From contig CBDDIJ010000003.1 in the NCBI GenBank assembly GCA_965228855.1, positions 3,694,354 to 3,758,353 of the forward strand: a stretch of DNA of 64,000 bases, in the 5' to 3' direction. Position numbers and translations under genes: made by a program. Of the stretch, positions 39,406 through 49,080 are shown piece by piece. This stretch comes from Candidatus Obscuribacterales bacterium. GTDB lineage: Bacteria; Cyanobacteriota; Vampirovibrionia; Obscuribacterales; Obscuribacteraceae. Under the pieces are notes generated by a model. That model was not told the DNA's origin. It ran no database searches and was given only the letters and a program-made list of their open reading frames with translations. How positions within the stretch are numbered: the first letter of the stretch is position 1; each line of letters opens with the position of its first letter.

Positions 39406-41541
39406 ATGGGGCGATACAGCCACGACGACAGTCAGGACGAAACCAGTCTTTTCGAGACTGGTGATGACAGCGCCGTCCTGCCGGAGCAGGGTGGCTCATC
39501 CGCTCGTTCTCAGAGAACGCCACAGCCGCCGGCGAATCTTGTTCCCAATACTACAGCAGATTTCAACATTCCAAGAACTCCGCTCAAGGAGAAGTACGAA
39601 TTTATTTCCGTGCTTGGCGCAGGTGGTGCCGGTGTCATTTATAAAGCTACGCAAAAGCCTCTTGGAAGATTGGTGGCAGTGAAGATGATTCATTCGCATT
39701 TGATGACACCAACTGCGGTGAAACGATTTCAGCAAGAAGCGACCACTATCGGCAGAATTTCACACGCCAACATCATTGCAGTCTACGACTTTGGTATTTC
39801 CGAAGACAATCAACCGTTCATGGTTATGGATTACGTAGAAGGCACTCCGCTTTCCGATGTCTTGGACCAGGTCGGTTCGCTATCAGTCGATGACACGAAG
39901 CTGGTAATCAAGCAGCTTTGCGACGGGCTCGCCCATGCCCATTCTAAGGGCATTCTGCACAGAGATTTGAAACCCAGTAACATCATGATGGTCCCGAATG
40001 AAAACGGACCAGACATCGCTAAGATTCTCGACTTCGGTTTAGCCAAAGTAATTTACGGAGAAGAGGATGATGAACGCGAACATTTGACTAAAACAGGTGA
40101 GACTGTCGGAACGCCCGCTTTCATGAGCCCTGAGCAAGTGATGGGCAAACAGCTGGATGTAACTTCCGATCTGTATTCTCTGGGCTGCGTGATGTACCAC
40201 TGTTTGACCGGTGAGCCTCCATTCGTTGGTGAAACGAAAATGGAAACAATGCTCATGCATCTGAATGCGAAACCTGAGCCTATTAATCCGACAGATGGAG
40301 AGCCAATCATCTCGCCATATCTCGAGATGATCGTCATGAAGCTACTGGAAAAAATTCCGGCTAATCGGTTTAAATCCATGGTCGAGCTAAAAGAGGCGAT
40401 TGAGTCGGCCGACAAAGGTCTGTTCATCACTCCTTCTAAATCCGAAATCCCCGCCGATCAAGCCTCTCATACGAAGCAAGGTGAGCAGACGTCTTCGTCA
40501 AGCGCAGCAGCGATTCGAGAAGAGAAAGAGGGCAAACAGCTTACAGCCAAGACACTACTGGCGGTGGCTCTGGTTTCTGGCGCTCTGGCTGTTCCTCTTG
40601 TCGGCGGCTACATCTGGCTAAGCTCGAATTCAACAAAGTCAAATGAAGAGGTTAAGAAGAAAGCTTCCAAAACAGGTGAAATTCGAAAAGGAGACGACCC
40701 CTATAAAGCGCAGGTGTTCGATGACGACGCTTTTGCAGGTCAATTCGATCAAACGTCCCATACGCTCTCGTCTTATCACGATCCATTCATCTCAGACAAC
40801 GCTCTGAAGGTCGCGAGAGGAAATACATTTGTTCGTAACGTCGAACTCGGCCAATCGCATAAAATCACAGAGCGGGGCATTAAGTACTTATCCGGCATGA
40901 ATATTCTTCGCATGGATTTGAGAAAAACGCATGTTCATGACGCCGTCGGTCCATATCTGCTCAAAATGTTAGGTCCGGACGGACAGCCTTCTTTACAAGA
41001 AATAAACCTCAGTGAAGCACCCGTAACGGACAAGTTAATTGCGACACTAAGAAGGCTTCCTAAACTGCAAACCGTTGACCTGAGCGAGAATGAAAACATA
41101 ACCGACGCCGGCGCCAAACAGTTCGCCAAGACAAGCATCAAAGATCTGAATCTGGCATCAACACACGTTGGAGACGACGGTCTTGAGGGCATCGGCGAAG
41201 CAACTGAACTTATCAAACTAAATCTCAGCGGTACTAGAGTCACCGACTCCGGTATCAAAAAATTGTCGAAGCTCGATAACCTACAGGAGCTCAATCTCTC
41301 TGATACAAGAACTGGAGACGAAGCAGTGAAAGAGCTGGTGACGTTGAAAAACCTTACTATTCTTCATCTTGCCAAAACAGACATAACCGTCGCGTGCTTA
41401 CCAGACATATTTAAGCGCGATCAAATTTCGTGGGTCGATTTAACTGGGTGCGATAAAATCACGCCAGTGCAAGCGAATGACTTTCGGCATAAAATGTCAA
41501 TGGAAGGCAGAACCGTTCAACGAAACGAAACGGAGCCATAG
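39406..41541 (+). CDS. Ser/Thr protein kinase with TM helix and C-terminal leucine-rich repeats
   Basis: GAGGAG, VAVK, HRDLKPSN, DFG and GTPAFMSPE; TM helix; LxxLNLSxTxxxD repeats; AGGAG before ATG 39406. Confidence 0.93.
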   Translation: MGRYSHDDSQDETSLFETGDDSAVLPEQGGSSARSQRTPQPPANLVPNTTADFNIPRTPLKEKYEFISVLGAGGAGVIYKATQKPLGRLVAVKMIHSHLMTPTAVKRFQQEATTIGRISHANIIAVYDFGISEDNQPFMVMDYVEGTPLSDVLDQVGSLSVDDTKLVIKQLCDGLAHAHSKGILHRDLKPSNIMMVPNENGPDIAKILDFGLAKVIYGEEDDEREHLTKTGETVGTPAFMSPEQVMGKQLDVTSDLYSLGCVMYHCLTGEPPFVGETKMETMLMHLNAKPEPINPTDGEPIISPYLEMIVMKLLEKIPANRFKSMVELKEAIESADKGLFITPSKSEIPADQASHTKQGEQTSSSSAAAIREEKEGKQLTAKTLLAVALVSGALAVPLVGGYIWLSSNSTKSNEEVKKKASKTGEIRKGDDPYKAQVFDDDAFAGQFDQTSHTLSSYHDPFISDNALKVARGNTFVRNVELGQSHKITERGIKYLSGMNILRMDLRKTHVHDAVGPYLLKMLGPDGQPSLQEINLSEAPVTDKLIATLRRLPKLQTVDLSENENITDAGAKQFAKTSIKDLNLASTHVGDDGLEGIGEATELIKLNLSGTRVTDSGIKKLSKLDNLQELNLSDTRTGDEAVKELVTLKNLTILHLAKTDITVACLPDIFKRDQISWVDLTGCDKITPVQANDFRHKMSMEGRTVQRNETEP

Positions 41542-41583
41542 CGCTTACTCTCGCGTGAGTAGCGCCAGCACGTTTTTTTTTTT
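41541..41583 (+). terminator. Probable intrinsic terminator
   Basis: Hairpin gcgcttactc/gagtagcgc followed after a short gap by an 11-T run. Confidence 0.5.
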
Positions 41584-41600
41584 AACACACAGGCATCAAA

Positions 41601-42236
41601 ATGGTACGAAAAAAAGAAACTCATCTCCTTTTAGCCGATCACATTTCGCATCTCAAAGATTGCACAAAGTGTCCGGGCATGATCGGTCCGGTCGTCACAC
41701 ATCGTCCTGTTTTGACAAAAATACTGTTGATCGGTCAAGCACCTGGTCCGCGTGAGGGCGCATTGGGTAAGCCGTTCGCGTGGACAGCCGGGAAAACTTT
41801 ATTTCGCTGGTTGGAAACAATCGGCATCACCGAAGAGGAGTTTCGCAGCCACGCTTACATAAGCGCCGTATGCCGGTGTTTTCCAGGCAAGGGTAAAACT
41901 GGCGGCGATCGCGTTCCAAACAACGACGAGATCGCGAATTGCTCAGTCTGGCTCGATCGGGAAGTCGAGCTCTTAGATCCGGATTTGATCATACCTGTGG
42001 GTCGCCTTGCAATTGTTCAACTTGTTGAGTTGAAACAGATGACCGACGTGATCGGCAAGACAATCAAGGTCGATTGGCACGGTCGAGAACGCGACGTTGT
42101 GCCACTGCCACATCCTTCGGGCGCCTCTTCCTGGTTTAAAAAAGAACCGGGAAAGACACTGCTTCAAGAGGCGTTGACCGTTATACGAGAGCATCCAGCC
42201 TGGCAAAAGATGCTGGACGACGTTCGCAACGAATGA
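41601..42236 (+). CDS. Uracil-DNA glycosylase superfamily protein
   Basis: CTKC, IGQAPG, VCRCFPG, EIANC and LPHPSG motifs. Confidence 0.9.
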   Translation: MVRKKETHLLLADHISHLKDCTKCPGMIGPVVTHRPVLTKILLIGQAPGPREGALGKPFAWTAGKTLFRWLETIGITEEEFRSHAYISAVCRCFPGKGKTGGDRVPNNDEIANCSVWLDREVELLDPDLIIPVGRLAIVQLVELKQMTDVIGKTIKVDWHGRERDVVPLPHPSGASSWFKKEPGKTLLQEALTVIREHPAWQKMLDDVRNE

Positions 42237-42335
42237 CGATTAAACGCTTGCGCATCACCTGTGGTGCGCAGGCGTCAGCCGCCAGAGAGTGAGAACTCCC
42301 TGACGACCGAGCCTGCGTGCTGGGGATTTGAGCAA

Positions 42336-42848
42336 CTAAACTCCAAACTGTTCGGTTAGCCAGTTATCCAATTCGTCATCGAGCGATGCCAGCGCTTCGC
42401 TGTCAATCAGTCCGCGTCGAAGGACTTCGAAGATCAATCGGGTCCGTAAGTTATAGACGTCCATCGACGCCGACTCACGCAACCATGAATGTCTCCCGCG
42501 AAGAACTTTTGAGAAGAGCGCTGCAAGTCGATTTTGGACACCACGCGCCGAAAGATTACGGCGTTTTGCAATTGCCTTATCGGTTAAACCGAGCATTACA
42601 TCGCATAATGTTTCGTATTCGCTGCGCGTGAGTTTACTCGCGCCATCAGGTTCAACTTGCAATCCCTGTCCTGGTTCGGAACCAGCATGAGCCGTTTCAT
42701 GAACTACCAGGCTCTGGATTGCGCTGGCGAGACGGTCCTCTGCAATTCGGCTTCTTTGAAGGGCTTGAGCAGTTTGAAACCGCTGAGCCCCATGGACCTG
42801 TTGAACATGCTGAATGTTTTGACCATAAAAGTTGTGCGCTTGCATCAT
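42336..42848 (-). CDS. LuxR-type HTH protein without a receiver domain
   Basis: LTRSEYETL...GLTDKAIAKRRNLSARGVQNRL. Confidence 0.78.
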   Translation of the reverse strand: MMQAHNFYGQNIQHVQQVHGAQRFQTAQALQRSRIAEDRLASAIQSLVVHETAHAGSEPGQGLQVEPDGASKLTRSEYETLCDVMLGLTDKAIAKRRNLSARGVQNRLAALFSKVLRGRHSWLRESASMDVYNLRTRLIFEVLRRGLIDSEALASLDDELDNWLTEQFGV

Positions 42849-43065
42849 TTCTAATCCCCACCAACAACCAGAGAAACTAATTTCCTACTCAGGACTGCAA
42901 ATTAACACAGCAAAGTTGACCAATTCTTGGCAATCGAGATTAAACTGGCTTTTCCAGGCCAGTATTGCCTTTAGCTAGTACAACTTACGAGACGGCGTCG
43001 ATGGAACCGGTTTAGAATGCTCTTCTTTAAACTGGTTTGGAACCAACGCGCAGTGGTTTCAACCC

Positions 43066-43764
43066 CTAACCGGGCTCGACTTCTTTATCTACTTCCGCCA
43101 TAAACTCTTTTATGGAGTCTCGCAGGTCTTCCTCGGTTTGAGCCCCCATCTCTGCCGTCTTAATAACACCGTGCTTGCATTGGTACATGCACATCGGCAC
43201 AGTCCATGAGTCGGCAAAGCGATCGTTCAAGTATTGAACATAAGACTCCATCAGATCCTTGTTCTCGCTGTTTTGAACGTCGAGAACCTGCACGTCGAAC
43301 TTTCCTTTGTAATCCGAGCAAACTTTCATGAACAGCGGGTCAAAACTTTTACTGTGGTCGCAGTCGGTCGACAGCAAGATGATACGAGGTAGAGGCTTGC
43401 CATTGCACAGCGCTCCCAACCTTTCTATATCCTCTTTGGCTTCTTTTCGGCTGGATTCGGTTTCCGCATTTTTTTCCAACCACTCATATTGCTGACGTGC
43501 CTGCGGAAACTGCTTGAGCCGCTCGTTGGTCAGTCCCATATATTTGTGCGCAATCTCGTCCTTCTGATCGCGCATTATAGCGTCTTCGAGGAAGCGGGCG
43601 GCTTCAGCATAATTCGCGTCGTTGTAGGCATCAACACCAAGTCGTCGAAGCTCAAGCGCGGACTTCCCACCGCAGGCCGACATCAAAAGAGCAAAGGAAA
43701 TTGCCGGCAGGATTGCCACAGCGACTCTTCTTAAGGTCATTAACCTGGGACGACTCGGAAACAT
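43066..43764 (-). CDS. Lipoprotein with TPR and thioredoxin-like domains
   Basis: Lipobox LMSAC; TPR helices; CDHS and WTVP motifs. Confidence 0.72.
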   Translation of the reverse strand: MFPSRPRLMTLRRVAVAILPAISFALLMSACGGKSALELRRLGVDAYNDANYAEAARFLEDAIMRDQKDEIAHKYMGLTNERLKQFPQARQQYEWLEKNAETESSRKEAKEDIERLGALCNGKPLPRIILLSTDCDHSKSFDPLFMKVCSDYKGKFDVQVLDVQNSENKDLMESYVQYLNDRFADSWTVPMCMYQCKHGVIKTAEMGAQTEEDLRDSIKEFMAEVDKEVEPG

Positions 43765-43778
43765 AGCGTAACTCCGGA

Positions 43779-44055
43779 TTAAAGCTGCCTAACACCGTCG
43801 GACAGAGCATTGTAAGTTTAAATGCCAGACAAGTATACAGCGAAAGAAAGCTTCCCCTTGAGTTGTTGGAAACAGCTTTGCTAGAAAGTTTGTACGGCAG
43901 AGCGCTGAAAGCGTTCAACAACTCACAGCTTTAACGCGCCAATTCATGGCGCGGGCTGCAGCGCATACCGGTGAGTTTACTCCCGGACCCGGCTCTATGA
44001 GTCGGTATCCTGATTCGGTGGGCATGCTCTTAACCAGGAATTGGAGCATGTCCAC
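43779..44055 (+). ncRNA. Candidate structured RNA of unknown family
   Basis: At least seven stems, including perfect 9- and 10-bp helices; G-U pairs read on the + strand. Confidence 0.4.
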
Positions 44056-44082
44056 TACTCTTAGAACTAAATATGGTGCGAG

Positions 44083-44559
44083 TTAAAACTCGGTCGTAAC
44101 TTTGCCGGTTTTGGCATTTACGTGATACCAGTTCATCGTTGCGGTGTGACCTGACTCTTCGTCGTCCGGAACGTATTCATATACATGGATGACAAACTCT
44201 CCATTCTCTTTGCGATCAAACTCAATGTGACTACTGCTGCCTTTTCGCCCGCTCTTCTTGATGTTCGCTACAAACTGTTTGACTTCCGGTCTTGCCGAAA
44301 CTATGTTGAGTGCTTGAGCTTCAGTTTTAACCGGTCCTGAGGCAGACTTCTTCACTTTGTTTTTTGTTTCGGAAGTTTTGTTTGCCGGCGCCGCATTCGC
44401 AGAATGCAGCTTAACGACGGTTGTGGCGAAGCAACAACTAAAGCTCAAAAGCGAGGCACTAAATATGATGCGGGTAGTCCGGGCAGAAATGCAGCCGGCG
44501 ATCTTCTGTTTTTGCATAACCAAATCCTTTTCAACTGAATCAATATGATAACGCAACAA
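44083..44559 (-). CDS. Exported hypothetical protein
   Basis: Signal-like segment; C-terminal WYHVNAKTGKV resembles a PepSY-like end. Confidence 0.7.
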   Translation of the reverse strand: MLRYHIDSVEKDLVMQKQKIAGCISARTTRIIFSASLLSFSCCFATTVVKLHSANAAPANKTSETKNKVKKSASGPVKTEAQALNIVSARPEVKQFVANIKKSGRKGSSSHIEFDRKENGEFVIHVYEYVPDDEESGHTATMNWYHVNAKTGKVTTEF

Positions 44560-44562
44560 CCT

Positions 44563-46752
44563 TCAAGCAGGTGGGTGCTTTAAGCGAAACCAGAAGGCGC
44601 TGCCCTTTCCATCTTCGCTGTCCACTCCAATAGATCCGCCGTGTTCTTCTACAATCATTTTGCAAATTGCCAAGCCCAGACCTGTGCCCTTCTTCTCAGT
44701 GGAGTCGAGTTTCTCGACTTGTTTAAACCGCTCAAAAATCGTCTCTTGAAACTCTTTTTTGATACCACGCCCCTGGTCTTCGACACGCACTTCAACAAAA
44801 TCTGCTTCATTGACGATTCGCATTTTAACTTTGCTCTCGCGCGGAGAGAACTTAATTGCGTTGGAAAGAAGATTGATTATGACTTGCAAAATTCGGTCAG
44901 GATCGGCGAGGACCCGCTCATCGCCACCGGAAATCTCGATAGTCACTCCATTGTCGTCTGCAATCTGCTCGACAGCATCAAAGGACTCCTCCAATAGCGC
45001 ACGAATACTGACGTCCTTCAATTCGACGGAAAACTTACCGGACTCCATTTTTTGAACGTCAAGCAAATCGTTAATCAATTTGATAAGGCGCTCGAGCTGT
45101 TCCTCAGCGGATTGAACGATAGGTCCAGCTTTCGAAGGCAATTCCCCTGCCGCTCCCGCGGAGAGCAACACGAGCATACCGCGCACCGAGGATAGTGGCG
45201 TCTTCAAATCGTGGCTCACCATCGCCACGAATTCTCGCTTGAGACGTTCGATCTCATGGCGCTCTGAAACGTCGAGCATTGCCACTAGATGAGCGTCTTT
45301 GTTTCCCATTTGCGTTTTGTTAGAAGACAGTTCCACGGGAAACTCGGAGAGATTATCCCTGCGAACGGCATTGAGTTCCATAACGTGGCCGGAGGAGCTA
45401 CTAATCAGCTCCTCCATCCAGTTTTCTTTCGGAGGACTATCATTGCTCTTCAAAAGAGTGGAAAGGTTTCGCCCAACCAAATCCGACTGGCGGGAGCCGA
45501 ACATTGATTCAGTCTTTTTGTTTGCAAGCCTGATCTTGCCCTTCTCATCGATAACGACGAGCCCCACAGGAAGGCTTTCCATAATGGTTCTCGTACGCTC
45601 CTCGCTTTCCTTCAATACTTTCTCGAACATCTTCCGGGCCGTAATGTCGTGAGCGACGCAGTAGAGAATATCCTCGGACTCAGACCAGAACACCGACCAG
45701 AGAACACTAATGACTTTTCCATCCGGGCAGGCGACGCGGTTTTCTATTGGCATCGAAGACGCTGAAAGTTTTATTGTATCGAGTGCGTTGAGAGTGTCTT
45801 CGATATCTTCCTCAACAATAATCTCGGTGAAACATTTCCCGACAAGCTCACTATCTTTGTATCCCCAAACAGATTCCGACGAAGGACTGACGTTGGTAAA
45901 GATGCCGGCGCCATCAATTGAACAGAGCACGTCGACAGCGTTATCCACAAGCGCTTTTTGTTTCGCCTTAGACTCTTCAACTGTTTCGGCCATTTGATGA
46001 AAAACGTTATCCAGCTCCGATATCTCATCGTCGCCCGGAATCGGCGGCAAAAGCGGAAGTGCACCGGCAAGGCGTTTTGCGTTACTCATCAATATTTTCA
46101 ACCGATCAGTAATCGCGCGGCTGAAGTAGAGCACGATGATAACGCTCAATGCAACGTTAAGCCCAACACCCCAGAGCAAGAGAACTTTCGCATTGCTGCG
46201 CCATTTGACGGCTGCATCCGATTTAGCACCACTCTGACGTTGAACGAGTCCGTTCAATTCGCGCAGTTCGATCGTAGTTTGTTCGACAAGTGCCTCCATT
46301 TGATTTCGCATTCCGCGAATATTCATCATGGTCATCATGTCTGTGTCGTGCTGGTTTTGAAATGCATCGAACAAACCATCGCACATTTTGAGTGCACGCA
46401 TTTCTACGCGTTCCGTGCGCTCAACCTGTTTCAATTGATCGGGGTAGTCTGCCAGATTTCTTCGCAGAAGTGCAAACTCAGTCACTATCTTTTTTCTGCT
46501 GTCACGATACTTCTTCTCCATCGCTGGAGATTTGCTATAGGAGTACGCTGTCAGCGTATTGATACCGTCAAATAATTCTCGTCCAAGAACAAACACGGAG
46601 TGCAAAACATCGTTAGCGTGAGACTCGTCACGCGCCTCGCTCTCTGACTGCAGCAGCATTGCGTACAAGAAGAGCATAAAAATCGTCCCCATTACGAGGG
46701 GGACGGCGACTATGAAAAGCCCCTTATGGTGAATCTTCAGACGGAGCGGCAA
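44563..46752 (-). CDS. Sensor histidine kinase (2 TM, extracytoplasmic helical sensor, HAMP, 2 PAS, HisKA, HATPase)
   Basis: DEISEL HAMP, two PAS domains, VSHDLKTPL, NLLSNAIKFS, DQGRG and GTGLGLAI. Confidence 0.95.
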   Translation of the reverse strand: MPLRLKIHHKGLFIVAVPLVMGTIFMLFLYAMLLQSESEARDESHANDVLHSVFVLGRELFDGINTLTAYSYSKSPAMEKKYRDSRKKIVTEFALLRRNLADYPDQLKQVERTERVEMRALKMCDGLFDAFQNQHDTDMMTMMNIRGMRNQMEALVEQTTIELRELNGLVQRQSGAKSDAAVKWRSNAKVLLLWGVGLNVALSVIIVLYFSRAITDRLKILMSNAKRLAGALPLLPPIPGDDEISELDNVFHQMAETVEESKAKQKALVDNAVDVLCSIDGAGIFTNVSPSSESVWGYKDSELVGKCFTEIIVEEDIEDTLNALDTIKLSASSMPIENRVACPDGKVISVLWSVFWSESEDILYCVAHDITARKMFEKVLKESEERTRTIMESLPVGLVVIDEKGKIRLANKKTESMFGSRQSDLVGRNLSTLLKSNDSPPKENWMEELISSSSGHVMELNAVRRDNLSEFPVELSSNKTQMGNKDAHLVAMLDVSERHEIERLKREFVAMVSHDLKTPLSSVRGMLVLLSAGAAGELPSKAGPIVQSAEEQLERLIKLINDLLDVQKMESGKFSVELKDVSIRALLEESFDAVEQIADDNGVTIEISGGDERVLADPDRILQVIINLLSNAIKFSPRESKVKMRIVNEADFVEVRVEDQGRGIKKEFQETIFERFKQVEKLDSTEKKGTGLGLAICKMIVEEHGGSIGVDSEDGKGSAFWFRLKHPPA

Positions 46753-46816
46753 ATTTTTCGCCTAACAGTGCAGATGCGTTGGAAAAACAGGGAAGAACGT
46801 AGATGTGACGTGAATA

Positions 46817-48061
46817 TTGTATCGTTCATACCCTTGCCATATTGGATCAAAACCGACCACAATTCAGGTTAGACCCTTGATTCCAACACTGAGAAAACGT
46901 AGGAAAACAACTGTTGCGTTGCAAATTGCTGCATCCGGCATCGCGGTATTTACGCTCGTTGTCCTCGCTTCGCAAAATGCGAGGTCTATCGGATTTGGAA
47001 CCTTAGAGTGGCAGCGAACCATCCTCAAAGCTCAGCGTGAGCGTGACTACGGTGAGTCACCACAAGCCATTGCAAAGCTGCACGATGCGTGGCGGTTAGC
47101 CCAGCAACTCGGAAAAGACCACCCATTTTACACGATAACTTTAAGGCACTTATCGGACTCTGCCTGGCGTCAGCGAAAATTCGAAGAATCACGCGGATAT
47201 GCGATGCAGGAATTCGAGATTTTGAAACCACTCGGTCCGGATTACCAAGATCTGGTGCCCATTCTGACAAGACTTGCTGATATCGATCTTGTTGAGAATA
47301 AACTCGACAGCGCCTCAAGAAATCTTGCAGAAGCGCTCCGCGTCAAGGATAAAGCGATGTTCAATTTGCTTGGTCGCGCCGAAATAATAGTGCGCCAGAG
47401 TGTGGTTGAACTCGCCAGGGGAAACGAGACAAGGTTTAAAGAGTTACAAGCCCAGGCCGAAAAAGAATGGATCGCAACGAAAGTAGCGAAGCCGGGACCT
47501 TCTATGAGCGAATACGGATTCGAACTGGGCAGTCTCAGTGTGTCCTCCAACAAGAAGGTTGTAAAACCGCTTCGAACTGCAGCACTCTACTTCGCTCAAC
47601 GCGGTTTGCTTTGTCTGCAGAATCAGCATGTGGACAATCTTTCGATAGTGCATGCATACGAGCGGTTAGCGGACGTTTACAGATTCATGAATCGCGACGC
47701 CGACAAACTCGCGTTATGGAAACAGTCTGCCAACGTCTGCACTCACAGCAGACATTTAACGGCGAACGAAATTACAATCACCCTCTGTAGATACGGGAAA
47801 GCGCTAGTCGAGAAGAAGAATTACGCTGAAGCTGTTTGGTTCCTGGAACAGTGCATGCCCTTTGCCAGAAAATGTGACGATCCAAACTTGCTAACGGCAA
47901 CACTTTTCTACTTGCAATTTGCGTATATGCAAACCAATAGAATTGCAGATGCTTTGCCTCTAAAGAAAGAGTTGATGGTTCGCTACGCCGACGCTGGAAT
48001 GCGACAAGATGCAGCGAATCAGCAACGAGAGATCAATGCGCTTACAGCAGCAGTGAAGTAG
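46817..48061 (+). CDS. Membrane-anchored TPR-like protein
   Basis: N-terminal hydrophobic segment then helical repeats (LGKDHP, LGPDYQDL); start uncertain. Confidence 0.75.
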   Translation: MYRSYPCHIGSKPTTIQVRPLIPTLRKRRKTTVALQIAASGIAVFTLVVLASQNARSIGFGTLEWQRTILKAQRERDYGESPQAIAKLHDAWRLAQQLGKDHPFYTITLRHLSDSAWRQRKFEESRGYAMQEFEILKPLGPDYQDLVPILTRLADIDLVENKLDSASRNLAEALRVKDKAMFNLLGRAEIIVRQSVVELARGNETRFKELQAQAEKEWIATKVAKPGPSMSEYGFELGSLSVSSNKKVVKPLRTAALYFAQRGLLCLQNQHVDNLSIVHAYERLADVYRFMNRDADKLALWKQSANVCTHSRHLTANEITITLCRYGKALVEKKNYAEAVWFLEQCMPFARKCDDPNLLTATLFYLQFAYMQTNRIADALPLKKELMVRYADAGMRQDAANQQREINALTAAVK

Positions 48062-48103
48062 ACTGTTGAGTGAATTAGTGGCGGTAATATAGAATCGGTT
48101 TCA

Positions 48104-48787
48104 ATGGCAAAAATTCTACTAGCCGAGGACGACACAGCGCTCGCTGCCACGATTAGAGACTGGCTCGAGTTTGAAAAGAACGCCGTCGAAGCAGTGACGG
48201 ATGGTGCGTCTGCTTTCGAGAATTTGATGGCGTTTGAATACGATGTCGCAATTCTCGACTGGGATTTGCCGAAGATGACAGGTGTTGAAGTCTGTCAAAA
48301 ATTTCGAGCGAGGGGTGGCAATACTCCAATCATCCTGCTTACCGGGAAAAACACAATCCAGGACAAAGAAGAAGGTCTGGACGCCGGCGCGGACGACTAT
48401 TTGACGAAGCCATTTCATCCGAAGGAACTTGCCGCACGCCTGCGCGCGATGATTCGTCGAGCCACCAATTTTGCACCAGATGTGGTGACTGCTGGACCGC
48501 TGACTATCGACAAAGAAAAAAGACTTGTATATATGAATGGCGTCGCAGTCCATTTACAACCTATGGAATATACGTTGCTCGAGTTTTTCATGAAAAATCC
48601 AAACCAGGTCTTTAGCGCCGAGACGTTGCTGCAAAAGCTCTGGGACGCCAGTTCCGATGTTTCGCTCGACGCGATATATACATGTATCCGGCGTCTGAGA
48701 AAAAAGCTGGATAAGGATAAAAAGGACGAGTCAATTATCCGAACGGTGCATGGCGTGGGCTATGGCATAAATCCGCTCTACAATTAG
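48104..48787 (+). CDS. OmpR-family response regulator
   Basis: ILLAED, ILDWDLP, GADDYLTKPF and RTVHGVGY. Confidence 0.95.
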   Translation: MAKILLAEDDTALAATIRDWLEFEKNAVEAVTDGASAFENLMAFEYDVAILDWDLPKMTGVEVCQKFRARGGNTPIILLTGKNTIQDKEEGLDAGADDYLTKPFHPKELAARLRAMIRRATNFAPDVVTAGPLTIDKEKRLVYMNGVAVHLQPMEYTLLEFFMKNPNQVFSAETLLQKLWDASSDVSLDAIYTCIRRLRKKLDKDKKDESIIRTVHGVGYGINPLYN

Positions 48788-48939
48788 CCCAGTATATATT
48801 TCATTTTTCTAATCCAAGAAACACACTCTTTAGACTCGCGTCTACCTATTTGTCAGATGGATGCAGTAAAGGGATCAGAACGTCGAAAGTAGAGACATTG
48901 TCAAGCTCTCGAACATTTGAAACCCGAGGAGATCGAAAA

Positions 48940-49011
48940 ATGATTCTTATAGTATTTGCTTCAATGATAGCCACCACTTCAATCGGCATGGTTATCTCCG
49001 CTCTCAGATAG
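48940..49011 (+). CDS. Small hydrophobic peptide MILIVFASMIATTSIGMVISALR (23 aa)
   Basis: GAGGAG 8 nt upstream of the ATG; single TM-length hydrophobic ORF, shorter than any ORF in the supplied track. Confidence 0.5.
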   Translation: MILIVFASMIATTSIGMVISALR

Positions 49012-49080
49012 TCCGCAATATCCGCCCCGAATATGCCTACTACGCCTTGACGCAAGCAGCAAATCCATAAAGCTATTCAG

